64,000 nt of DNA from an uncultured virus (IMG/VR IMGVR_UViG_2617271265_000001) (lineage: Duplodnaviria; Heunggongvirae; Uroviricota; Caudoviricetes): IMG/VR virus record IMGVR_UViG_2617271265_000001; one strand, written 5' to 3'. The notes beneath the pieces were generated by a model that saw only the letters and a program-made list of their open reading frames with translations, did no database searches and was not told the DNA's origin. A program made the translations under genes and the position numbers. Shown here piece by piece: positions 55,087 to 64,000 of this stretch; the stretch's first letter is position 1, and every line of letters starts with the position of its first letter.

Positions 55087-57786
55087 ATGAATAATTTACA
55101 ACTTACCGTTTTGTTAAATGCCATTGATAAAATTTCTGCGCCATTAAAAAACGCCAATAAACAGGTTTCCGAACTTTCCCAAAAACTAAAAGAAAATAAA
55201 TCCATTCGTGCGCAACTTGTAAAACAAGATAAAGCGAATGAAACTGCTATCAAAAAATATGCTGCTACATTAAACCCTCTTAAAAGCAAATTAAGTGTGG
55301 TAAACCAAGAATTATTACAAGCACAGCAAAAAGCGAAACATTATACGCAACAGTTAGCCAACGCCAAAAATCCAACAAATGAATTTAAAGCAAAGGTTTT
55401 AAATGCACAAAATGCTGTTAAAAAGTTAAAAATTGAACAGGGTCAGGCTGCACTTAAGTTACGACAAGCACGGCAAGAATTAAACGCTTCAGGGATCTCT
55501 GCAAAAACACTTGGGCAACGTCAATACGAATTGCGAAATAAGCTAAAAGGTGCAAATCAACAGATTAAACAGCAAGAAGTTGCTTTAACAAAACTCAATG
55601 CAAAACAAGCTGCTTACAATAAATACCGAGGTCAAGTTGAAACGCTCAAAGATATAAGCGGAAAAGCACAAATGATTGGTGCGCAAGCCTCCGCAGCGGG
55701 TACAACAATTATTGCACCTATCACAAATTCAGTGAAAGATTTTATGAGTTTTGAAGATGCCATGGTTGGGGTTGCACGGCAGGTTCAAGGTCTAAAAGAT
55801 GATGCCGGCAACTTCACCCAAGAATTTGAAGAATGGAAAAATAAAATTCAATCTCTTTCAACTGAACTGCCTTTAACCACAGTAGAAATAGCCAATATGA
55901 TTGAAAGTGCGGCAAGAATGGACGTACCTAAAGATCAGCTGGAAGAATTTGTGCGATTAAATACACAAATGGCAACCGCATTTGATGCGATAAGTCCCGA
56001 TGAATTAGTTGAACAATTCGGTAAAGTTACAAAAAACTTTAAATTATCATCTGCAGCATCAAGGGAATTAGCAGACGCTATCAACTATTTAGATGATAAC
56101 GCAATTTCAAAAGGAACGGGGATTATCGGTTTTATGAATCGGGTATCGGGAATTGCCGGTATTGCTAAAATCACCGAAAAAAATATGGCGGCACTAGGTT
56201 CAACATTACAAACTGCAGGAGCAGGAGAGGAACAATCAGCCACTGCAGTGAACGCAATCTTTACGAGATTATCATCAGCAAGCAAAAAGAAACCTGTCAA
56301 AAATGCTCTGAAAGCAATAGGATTGACTGCAGATCAAGTTGAATTAGGTATGGTAAAAGATGCTCAAGGCACATTGATGAAAATTGTGGATACATTGAAA
56401 AGTATGCCGGAACAAAAACGCCTTGGGTTTATCGCTGATTTAGTTGGAACAGAACATACAAAAACCCTTGCTTTACTTGTATCAAACACTGAAGAATGGC
56501 GCAGACAAATTGAACTTGCTAATAGCGAGGCGGCAAAAGGCTCAATGGACCGTGAATTTGAAACCCGAATGAAAGCCCTATCATCAACATGGGGAATTTT
56601 CAAAAATCAACTGTTCAACTTAAATTCAACAATTGGCGGAACACTTGCTCCAACACTTGATTCTCTATTGAAAAAAATTGGGGGATTAATTGAGAAGGGT
56701 AATAATTGGATTAAAGCAAATCCTAAATTGGCTCAAAATATTTTATTAGTTGCAGGTGCAATCGGTGGCTCATTGACATTATTTGGTGCATTAAGCCTTG
56801 CATTAAGTTTTATACTTTACCCCGTCGCACGCCTATTTTTAGGATTATCAAAGCTAAATGTGATACTTCCAAAATTTTCAGGACATTTGGCATCTGCAGG
56901 TCGGTTAATTTTAAGAGGATTACTTTCCCCATTAAAATTAATTACATTGGCTATTAGCCCCTTAGGGATCGTTTTATTAACCGTTGCGACATTAATTTAT
57001 AAATACTGGCAACCTATCAAAGCCTTTTTCAGTGGTTTCTTTGAGGGACTAAAATCCGGTCTTGCCCCTGTTATTGAAAAATTCAAACCATTGGGTGATC
57101 TGTTTGGTGTTGTGGTCGGTTGGATTGAAAAAGCTGTAAAATGGTTTACTGATTTACTCTCACCGGTAGAAAACACCACTGTTGAATTACTGGCAGCCTC
57201 TAGAGCCGGTAGAGATTTTGGGGAATGGTTAGCCAAAGGTATTGACTTCGCTCTCAAACCACTCCAACTTTTAATTGATGGGGTTAAATGGCTAATTGAT
57301 AATATGCCGAGCGTAGGTGATATTGCTACAAAACTTGTGCCAAAACAACATGCGGAACAAATCCAAAAAACGGCAGATATGGCTGCAATGACAGGATTTT
57401 CTAAAGGCGGTTACACCGGCAATGGTGGCAAATATCAACCCATGGGAATTGTTCACGGTGGCGAATATGTGATGACAAAAGAAGCCACTTCACGCCTTGG
57501 CATTCATACCTTAAACGCCCTCAATTACGGCAAACAAGCCTTAATTGCAGGCGGATTGGGTATCAGTGTCGCCACAGCTGCACCGGTGCAAGTGGATCAC
57601 CGACCGCCAATTTCGGCACGTCCGGTCGTAACACAGGTTGCACAGCCGATGAATGTGCAAATCACGGTCAATGCGGCACAAGGTATGGACGAGCGAATGA
57701 TTGCACAGCAAGTCGCAAAAGAGCTGCAACGTATCCAAAACCAACAACAAGCACGCACACGCAATAGTTTGCGTGATCGGGTCTAA
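55087..57786 (+). CDS. Tape measure protein (P2-like phage)
   Basis: LNAIDKISAP N-terminus, FEDAMVGVARQV core, YKYWQPIKAFF. Confidence 0.93.
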   Translation: MNNLQLTVLLNAIDKISAPLKNANKQVSELSQKLKENKSIRAQLVKQDKANETAIKKYAATLNPLKSKLSVVNQELLQAQQKAKHYTQQLANAKNPTNEFKAKVLNAQNAVKKLKIEQGQAALKLRQARQELNASGISAKTLGQRQYELRNKLKGANQQIKQQEVALTKLNAKQAAYNKYRGQVETLKDISGKAQMIGAQASAAGTTIIAPITNSVKDFMSFEDAMVGVARQVQGLKDDAGNFTQEFEEWKNKIQSLSTELPLTTVEIANMIESAARMDVPKDQLEEFVRLNTQMATAFDAISPDELVEQFGKVTKNFKLSSAASRELADAINYLDDNAISKGTGIIGFMNRVSGIAGIAKITEKNMAALGSTLQTAGAGEEQSATAVNAIFTRLSSASKKKPVKNALKAIGLTADQVELGMVKDAQGTLMKIVDTLKSMPEQKRLGFIADLVGTEHTKTLALLVSNTEEWRRQIELANSEAAKGSMDREFETRMKALSSTWGIFKNQLFNLNSTIGGTLAPTLDSLLKKIGGLIEKGNNWIKANPKLAQNILLVAGAIGGSLTLFGALSLALSFILYPVARLFLGLSKLNVILPKFSGHLASAGRLILRGLLSPLKLITLAISPLGIVLLTVATLIYKYWQPIKAFFSGFFEGLKSGLAPVIEKFKPLGDLFGVVVGWIEKAVKWFTDLLSPVENTTVELLAASRAGRDFGEWLAKGIDFALKPLQLLIDGVKWLIDNMPSVGDIATKLVPKQHAEQIQKTADMAAMTGFSKGGYTGNGGKYQPMGIVHGGEYVMTKEATSRLGIHTLNALNYGKQALIAGGLGISVATAAPVQVDHRPPISARPVVTQVAQPMNVQITVNAAQGMDERMIAQQVAKELQRIQNQQQARTRNSLRDRV

Positions 57787-57788
57787 CC

Positions 57789-57809
57789 AAAGGGCGAAAG
57801 CCCTTTTTT
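57789..57809 (+). terminator. Terminator after the tape measure gene
   Basis: AAAGGGC-GAAA-GCCCTTT followed by TTT. Confidence 0.8.
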
Positions 57810-57810
57810 G

Positions 57811-57839
57811 TTGCACATCGCAGAAAATAGTTTTATATT
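57811..57839 (+). promoter_or_regulatory. sigma70-type promoter of the moron
   Basis: TTGCAC-17-TATATT. Confidence 0.6.
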
Positions 57840-57886
57840 TGGGCAAAAGGTTGTAAACTTCGCAAACTTTTATTCTTTGGTGACTT

Positions 57887-58441
57887 ATGACAAATCTATC
57901 ATTAAATCCTATTTTTGAAAGTTTTGCTCCAATTTTTAAGCAATTAAAAACTGCGGCAATGTCTGCATTATTGATTGTACCATTGGCAGAAAATCATCCT
58001 GTTCCTAACACGACACAGTCTGTGAATATTTTTAGTGTACAAGCAGATAAAAGCAAATTGAGCAATCAAGATATAGAAAAAATTATTGATATGGTAAGAG
58101 CCGTTTCTGCTATTACTGATTTTGTTATTACATCAATTACACCTGAATCATTAAGTAATATTGATTTAAGTGATGTTCTAACATTAGAAGATAAAATCAA
58201 TAGATATGATGATTTAGCTTATAAAATTATGGCTAATACAAACTCTCCAGAGTTATCATCAACACTACAATCATTCAGCAATAAAATGCATACCCTTTGC
58301 AATATGATGAAATCAGAAAAATATAAACAACAATCAGATGAAGTGGTTTTATCCCGCCTTTACAATTCGAATCAAGATGTAGGCTATACTTATAATTCAT
58401 CACACTCTTTTGATGACTTCAAAAAAGCAATGATAATGTAG
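57887..58441 (+). CDS. Hypothetical moron protein (184 aa)
   Basis: AT-rich ORF behind its own promoter. Confidence 0.7.
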   Translation: MTNLSLNPIFESFAPIFKQLKTAAMSALLIVPLAENHPVPNTTQSVNIFSVQADKSKLSNQDIEKIIDMVRAVSAITDFVITSITPESLSNIDLSDVLTLEDKINRYDDLAYKIMANTNSPELSSTLQSFSNKMHTLCNMMKSEKYKQQSDEVVLSRLYNSNQDVGYTYNSSHSFDDFKKAMIM

Positions 58442-58450
58442 GTTTTGCGG

Positions 58451-58891
58451 ATGAAAGTTGAATTGTCAAAACAATTTAAAGAAGGGCGTTTAAATACGCC
58501 TTTTTTTAAAGATATTCAAGTAATGACCGATGATGAATTAAAACTTATTTTCGACTTTATGCAAGCTGTTGAACAAGGTAAACCCTTGCGTGGAAAAAAT
58601 AAACCCTCTTGGATAGATGACAATCTCAACAAGATTATCCATACCGAGCTTTATCAAGAAAATAATATTTGGCATTATCATTGTGGCCCTTACAATGCTA
58701 CAAGTACAAAATATCATGCCGTATCAAGACTAAAATTAAATTTGGAAGGGGAAACTTCAGGTCCTATTATTCACTATCAAAAAATATCGGATGATCATAT
58801 TCTTATCATCGCATTTTCACCGAAACATGAACCTTTCCCACGAGAATGGGATGTACCTAATCCACTAATTGACCGGAGAGAAAATGAGTGA
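58451..58891 (+). CDS. Putative ribonuclease toxin (YafO/RelE-like, tentative)
   Basis: GKNKPSW, WHYHCGP, TSG.IIHY and H.PFP His-rich motifs. Confidence 0.5.
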   Translation: MKVELSKQFKEGRLNTPFFKDIQVMTDDELKLIFDFMQAVEQGKPLRGKNKPSWIDDNLNKIIHTELYQENNIWHYHCGPYNATSTKYHAVSRLKLNLEGETSGPIIHYQKISDDHILIIAFSPKHEPFPREWDVPNPLIDRRENE

Positions 58892-59024
58892 ATTATTGAC
58901 AATGATCCATAAAAATGCGACAGATTTATATAAAGCCGAACTGATGGATAAAGAAACCATGCAAAAATTTGATGAATTATGTCTAACTGTCACTAAATCA
59001 AACAATACAAAGCAAGTTAACTAG
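58884..59024 (+). CDS. 46-aa peptide resembling the N-terminal part of XRE-type antitoxins (HTH absent)
   Basis: GGAG RBS; MSELLTMIHKNATDLYKAELMDKETMQKFDELCLT. Confidence 0.55.
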   Translation: MSELLTMIHKNATDLYKAELMDKETMQKFDELCLTVTKSNNTKQVN

Positions 59025-59036
59025 GCTTGCTTTTTT
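59010..59036 (+). terminator. Moron terminator
   Basis: AAGCAAG...CTTGCTT followed by TTTT. Confidence 0.65.
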
Positions 59037-59126
59037 GTTACACCTCAATTCACACTTCCCCATCCTCGCATTTATCCCCTATCTCGCCAACAATAACGCT
59101 ATTTATTACAACTGAAAAAAGGTTTT

Positions 59127-59717
59127 ATGTTCGCCGAATTTAACCGCCGATTAGATAACCTCATTCGCTTTGGCACGATTGCCGAGGTAGATTATGCGAC
59201 CGCCCGTGTGCGGGTAAAGAGCGGTCAGATTCTGACGAATTTTTTACCTTTTATTACGCTCCGTGCTGGCACAACAAAAACGTGGTCTCCGCCTACTGTG
59301 GATGAACAATGTGTGATTTTGGCGGCAAGTGGTGAATTCACCACTGCTTGTGTATTGGTTGGGCTTTACACGCAAAACAGCCCAAGCCACTCCCCCGATT
59401 TACACGTGATCCAATTTGCTGACGGTGCAACCATTGAATACAACCAAGCAATCGGGCGATTAAATGTTATTGGGATTAAATCCGCCTTTATCAATGCCAG
59501 TGAACAAATTGATATTTTCTGCCCGACAGTAAACATCAAAGGCAATGTCAATATTAATGGTTCACTTTCAACCAGCGGTACAAGCACAACAAAAGGCAAT
59601 GTCAGTACACAGGGCAGTGTAACGGCAAGCGGAGATATCAAAGGCGGCAGTATTAGCCTACAAAATCACAAACACCTTGAACAAGGTGACGGACAAGAGA
59701 CAAGCAAAGCAAGATGA
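59127..59717 (+). CDS. Baseplate spike gpV
   Basis: NLIRFGTIAEVD, WSPPTVDEQ, HKH tip. Confidence 0.92.
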   Translation: MFAEFNRRLDNLIRFGTIAEVDYATARVRVKSGQILTNFLPFITLRAGTTKTWSPPTVDEQCVILAASGEFTTACVLVGLYTQNSPSHSPDLHVIQFADGATIEYNQAIGRLNVIGIKSAFINASEQIDIFCPTVNIKGNVNINGSLSTSGTSTTKGNVSTQGSVTASGDIKGGSISLQNHKHLEQGDGQETSKAR

Positions 59718-60052
59718 ATCGATATACCGGCGAAAATCTGACAGATGAAGGGCAACATATCAAACAATCTATTGCCGATATTCTACTCACACCCATAGGC
59801 TCACGTATTCAACGGCGGGAATATGGCAGCCTGATTCCCATGCTGATTGACCGCCCGATTAGTAGCACGCTTCTACTACAACTTGCCGCTTGTGCCGTTA
59901 CAGCTCTCAACCGTTGGGAACCCCGTGTGCAAATTACCCAATTTAAACCGCAACTAACAGAGCGAGGCATTAGTGCAAGTTATGTGGTGCGTTATCGCAA
60001 AAATAATCAAGAAATTCGCAATGAACAACTTTTACTCGGTGGCAAACAATGA
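59714..60052 (+). CDS. Baseplate gpW
   Basis: HIKQSIADILLTPIGSR..RREYGS, RWEPR. Confidence 0.92.
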   Translation: MNRYTGENLTDEGQHIKQSIADILLTPIGSRIQRREYGSLIPMLIDRPISSTLLLQLAACAVTALNRWEPRVQITQFKPQLTERGISASYVVRYRKNNQEIRNEQLLLGGKQ

Positions 60053-60963
60053 GCGAACTAGTCGATTTATCAAAACTTGATGCACCCAAAGTGCTTGAAG
60101 ATTTAAATTTTGAAACCTTATTGGCAGAACGCAAAGCAGAATTTATCGCTTTATTTCCGCAAGAAGAACGCACATTTTGGCAAGCCCGATTAAGTCTTGA
60201 AAGCGAGCCCATTACCAAGTTACTGCAAGAAGTCGTTTATCTGCAATTACTTGAACGCTCTCGCATTAACCAAGCGGCACAGGCGACTATGTTGGCGTAT
60301 GCCTCGGATTCGGATCTTGATGTCATCGCAGCCAACTTCAACGTGAAACGCCAAGTCATTCAAGCAGAAGACAACAGTGTCACGCCAAAAATATCGGCTA
60401 TTTTAGAAGATGACACCTCATTACGATTACGCACGCAGCTTGCATTTGAGGGGCTTTCTGTCGCTGGTCCACGCTCTGCTTATGTGTTCCATGCACTTTC
60501 AGCACACCCCGAAGTCGCCGATGTTTCAGTGGTTTCCCCCGAACCGGCACAAGTCACTGTCACGATTTTAAGCCGAATCGGGCAAGGTGTTGCAAGCGAA
60601 CAAGTGTTAAACGCCGTGCGCAATAAACTCAACGATGACAATATTCGTCCCATCGGTGATCGGGTCAAGGTGCAAAGTGCGGTCATTCAAAATTACGAAA
60701 TCCGCGCAAAATTGCATTTATACCGTGGGCCAGAATACGAACCCATTAAAGCACAAGCCTTGAAAAATCTCACCGCCTACACGGAAGAAAAACGCCGCTT
60801 AGGGCGCGATGTCAGCCTTTCCGGCATTTATGCCGCCTTGCATTTAGAGGGCGTGCAACGTGTGGAATTATTAAGCCCAACAGCGGACATTGTGCTGCCA
60901 AGCTCAAAATCCGCCTATTGCAGCAACATCAATATTGAGATTACGACAAGCGATGATTACTAA
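60049..60963 (+). CDS. Baseplate gpJ
   Basis: LESEPITKLLQE, FEGLSVAGP, RPIGDRV. Confidence 0.93.
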   Translation: MSELVDLSKLDAPKVLEDLNFETLLAERKAEFIALFPQEERTFWQARLSLESEPITKLLQEVVYLQLLERSRINQAAQATMLAYASDSDLDVIAANFNVKRQVIQAEDNSVTPKISAILEDDTSLRLRTQLAFEGLSVAGPRSAYVFHALSAHPEVADVSVVSPEPAQVTVTILSRIGQGVASEQVLNAVRNKLNDDNIRPIGDRVKVQSAVIQNYEIRAKLHLYRGPEYEPIKAQALKNLTAYTEEKRRLGRDVSLSGIYAALHLEGVQRVELLSPTADIVLPSSKSAYCSNINIEITTSDDY

Positions 60964-61486
60964 CCATTTATTGCCAATCGGTTCAACGCCGTTAGAAAAA
61001 CGCGCAGCGGAAATTTTAAAAAGTGCGGTTGAAAATCCGATTATTATTGCTGATTTAATCAATCCTGACCGTTGTCCGGTTGCATTGCTCCCTTATTTAG
61101 CTTGGGCGTTTTCCGTAGATAAATGGGATGAAAGTTGGACGGAAGAAGTCAAACGCATTGCAATCAAGCAATCTTATTTCGTGCATAAACACAAAGGCAC
61201 AATTGCCGCGGTCAAGCGCGTGATTGCGCCCATCGGCTATTTAGTTGAATTGAAAGAATGGTTTACTACAACCCCACAAGGCACACCCGGCACATTCAGC
61301 ATAACCATTGAAGTTCCGGAAAGCGGCTTAAACGAACAAACTTACAATGAACTGGTGCGCTTAATCAACGATGTAAAGCCGGTATCTCGGCATCTTAATC
61401 AATTGGCTATCGCAATATCGCCGACCGGGCAAATGTGTACATTTATCGGACAAAATAGCGGCGACATTATCACGGTTTATCAATAA
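60953..61486 (+). CDS. Tail protein I
   Basis: CPVALLPYLAWAFSVDKWD, HKHKGT, KPVSRHL. Confidence 0.93.
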   Translation: MITNHLLPIGSTPLEKRAAEILKSAVENPIIIADLINPDRCPVALLPYLAWAFSVDKWDESWTEEVKRIAIKQSYFVHKHKGTIAAVKRVIAPIGYLVELKEWFTTTPQGTPGTFSITIEVPESGLNEQTYNELVRLINDVKPVSRHLNQLAIAISPTGQMCTFIGQNSGDIITVYQ

Positions 61487-61498
61487 ACAGGCTAAGTT

Positions 61499-63445
61499 AT
61501 GACAAAACAATTTTTTGCCGTATTAACCCATTACGGTACCCAAACAATTGCAAGTGCGGTTGCCAATAAACAACCGTTAAAAATCACACATATGGCGGTC
61601 GGCGATGGTAACGGAAGCGCCGTTGTGCCGACTGCCGCGCAGACAAAACTGACAAAAGAGGTGTATCGCTCGACAATTAGCGCTGTCAGCGTCGATCCGC
61701 GTAACAATAAACAGGTGATCTTTGAATTAACCATCCCCGAAACTGTCGGCGGATTTTATGTACGGGAAATGGGGATCTTTGATAGCAATAATAAGCTGGT
61801 TGCCATTGCCAACTGTCCGGAAAGTTATAAACCTGCATTGGCCAGCGGCAGCGGTAAAGTACAGGTGCTACGGATGATACTGACTGTCAGCACATCAGAT
61901 GCCATCACATTAACCGTGGATGATACGGTAATCTTTGTCACACGCGGACAGCTCACGCCGCAAACCATTACCGCAACCAGCGCAAACGGCTTTGACAACA
62001 ACGGTCACACTCATGAAATCGACAAAGCCGACACAACTAAAGCGGGCATCGTACAACTCACAAGCGACACGGGACTAGACAGCGAAAAACTGGCGCTTAC
62101 CGCTCGCGCCGGTCGCAAACTGGCACAACTCATTGCGTCAATACAACAGGCGCTGCATAACTACATCCCACTTAATAACCGGTCATCCGCCGTCAACAGC
62201 ACAAGCACTGAGAACGTGGCCACATCGGCTGCGGCAAAAACCGCGTATGATAAAGGCGTGGAGGCTAAATCTGCAGCGGACAATGCACAACGCACCGCAA
62301 ATAGTGCAAATAATAACGCAAACAGCAGGGTGTCAAAAAACGGTGATACGATGACCGGACATTTACACGTTAAAAACGGCGACTATTCATCGCTGAGAAC
62401 TTATAATCAATCTGGATATGGTGTGAGATGGGAGTCGGCGCCAGAAAGTGCAAATAATATTGCCGCTATCGTACAAACAGATCCGAATGATAAGGTAATA
62501 TATAAATATCTAATCCCAAGTAAAAGTGGTACCGCTGCGTTACTTGAAGATTTGAGCTGGGGTAATCTGAGGGGGATTCCGAATACTGCGAGCCGTTGGC
62601 CTGCTTGGAATGAAGTAACAAGTAAACCGTCCACATTTCCGCCGTCATCGCATAATCACGCATGGACACAAATTACAAATGCGCCGGCAACTGCAACCCG
62701 TTGGCCTGCTTGGAGTGAGGTAACGAGTAAGCCAACCACAATCGCTGGCTATGGAATAGCTGACTTTATAGTAAAAAATCTCGGTACTGAAGATTTAGAC
62801 AAAATCACAACAGTAGGGTTATATGGCCAGGCAGCAAATGCAAATACTGCTTCGCAACGTCATTACCCGGAAAATCAGGCGGGTTCTCTGATTGTTACGC
62901 TGTCAGCATATGGTGTACAACAAGAATACACAACATATGGATCAAAAAATAAGTATGTGCGGGGGCGTAACGAAAACGCATGGACTGCATGGAAACGCAT
63001 TGACGGGTCAGACTGGAACGAAATTCGAAGCAAGCCCTCAACATTTCCGCCGTCATCACATAATCACGCATGGACACAAATTACAAATGCGCCGGCAACC
63101 GCAACCCGGTGGCCGACTTGGAGCGAGGTAACGAGTAAACCTTCAACATTCCCGCCATCATCGCATAATCACGCATGGACACAAATTACAAATGCACCGG
63201 CAACTGCGACGCGCTGGCCGACTTGGAATGAAGTATCAGGTAAGCCGCAAGTTGTGCAAGATGTGCGTTTAGGTGCGACTGTCAGCCGGAAATTGGAAAA
63301 TAAGGAATGGCAAACGCATGGTGCGGGTTACGTTGTGACCGGATTTTACAATTATAGCGATGATTTGCATGCGAACGATTGGGTTTATGTCAAACCGATC
63401 CAGAAAAACATAAACGGTACATGGGTGACTGTGGCTAATGCATAG
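61499..63445 (+). CDS. Tail fibre protein H (P2-like phage)
   Basis: MAVGDGNG, NCPESYKP N-terminus, HxH repeats, VQDVRLG tip. Confidence 0.93.
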   Translation: MTKQFFAVLTHYGTQTIASAVANKQPLKITHMAVGDGNGSAVVPTAAQTKLTKEVYRSTISAVSVDPRNNKQVIFELTIPETVGGFYVREMGIFDSNNKLVAIANCPESYKPALASGSGKVQVLRMILTVSTSDAITLTVDDTVIFVTRGQLTPQTITATSANGFDNNGHTHEIDKADTTKAGIVQLTSDTGLDSEKLALTARAGRKLAQLIASIQQALHNYIPLNNRSSAVNSTSTENVATSAAAKTAYDKGVEAKSAADNAQRTANSANNNANSRVSKNGDTMTGHLHVKNGDYSSLRTYNQSGYGVRWESAPESANNIAAIVQTDPNDKVIYKYLIPSKSGTAALLEDLSWGNLRGIPNTASRWPAWNEVTSKPSTFPPSSHNHAWTQITNAPATATRWPAWSEVTSKPTTIAGYGIADFIVKNLGTEDLDKITTVGLYGQAANANTASQRHYPENQAGSLIVTLSAYGVQQEYTTYGSKNKYVRGRNENAWTAWKRIDGSDWNEIRSKPSTFPPSSHNHAWTQITNAPATATRWPTWSEVTSKPSTFPPSSHNHAWTQITNAPATATRWPTWNEVSGKPQVVQDVRLGATVSRKLENKEWQTHGAGYVVTGFYNYSDDLHANDWVYVKPIQKNINGTWVTVANA

Positions 63446-63457
63446 TATGGAGAGTAT

Positions 63458-64000
63458 ATGCTAAAACATATTAAAAACTTAACACAATATACGCCGGAAG
63501 AAAAAGAGTTCGGTGAAGACGTACTTTACTTAAAAGGTGAAAGCGGAGAGGACTGGTATCATGCACAATCCGAGTTTAAAACTGATACTGTAAAAGTGGC
63601 TTACAATAACGACGGTCTGATTGTTTCACAATCTAATGATGTTACTGCTCTTTTTCCCCTTGGTCTCAGTGTCATCGAAATAGAAAGTGAAAATCGACAG
63701 GATTTAATTGGGAAATATATCAAAAATGGAATGTTGATAGACGCACCGCCATCAAATTTACACGAATGGAACGGCAAAGGCTGGATAATATCCGCTGAAA
63801 ATAAGACCGCGCTTTTGGTAAAAAAGAAAGACGAGTTAATTAAGCAGCTCGCAAAAAAGACTGACACACTCAAATCATCATTGTTAGTCGGCTACCCGCA
63901 AACCGAAATCGACAGCTTTTATCGTCAAGAATCTGAAGCGTTAGCATGGCAAGCTGATAACAATGCTGCCACACCGATGCTTAAGCAAATTGCTGCCAAT
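63458..64000 (+). CDS. Tail fibre assembly protein (partial, runs off the window)
   Basis: MLKHIKNLTQYTP...YLKGESGEDWY...HEWNGKGW; paralog of 51018-51737. Confidence 0.85.
   Translation, partial: MLKHIKNLTQYTPEEKEFGEDVLYLKGESGEDWYHAQSEFKTDTVKVAYNNDGLIVSQSNDVTALFPLGLSVIEIESENRQDLIGKYIKNGMLIDAPPSNLHEWNGKGWIISAENKTALLVKKKDELIKQLAKKTDTLKSSLLVGYPQTEIDSFYRQESEALAWQADNNAATPMLKQIAAN

Larger units (their letters stand above)
11107..64000. mobile_element. P2-like prophage (continues beyond the window), interrupted by a Mu-like prophage
   Basis: Gene order Q,P / O,N,M,L,X,holin,lysozyme...spanins,R,S,T,V,W,J,I,H,G; cos-like site; att-like tRNA fragment. Confidence 0.95.

Noticed and set aside
50800..63445. 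Diversity-generating retroelement (TR/VR pair) suggested by the two similar fibre tips
   Set aside because: Differences are mostly synonymous and not adenine-specific, both copies are ends of full genes, and there is no reverse transcriptase in the window.

Overview
Pasteurellaceae-type chromosomal window (many AAGTGCGGT uptake signal sequences). 1-8949 (-) encodes a ~2980-aa trimeric autotransporter adhesin. 9.5-10.7 kb is a patch of toxin-antitoxin genes and remnants. A split tRNA 3' end (att-like) and a cos-like site at ~11.0-11.3 kb open a P2-like prophage that runs past the right edge. Its lysozyme gene is interrupted by a 34.4-kb Mu-like transposable prophage (18555-52953; TG...CA ends; ACCTT duplication) that has a Mu head and a P2-type tail. 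The most striking unexplained element is a 77-nt tRNA-like cloverleaf with its own antisense sigma70 promoter, placed directly after a MuF gene that has a long C-terminal extension and no obvious immunity gene. Other notable points: promoter-equipped antisense membrane genes in front of both tape-measure genes, tail-fibre modules shared by the two phages, a three-gene TA-like moron, a deleted mom-position methylase locus, and an exact four-copy late-promoter motif. Family assignments come from motif recognition and gene order; no database search was run.
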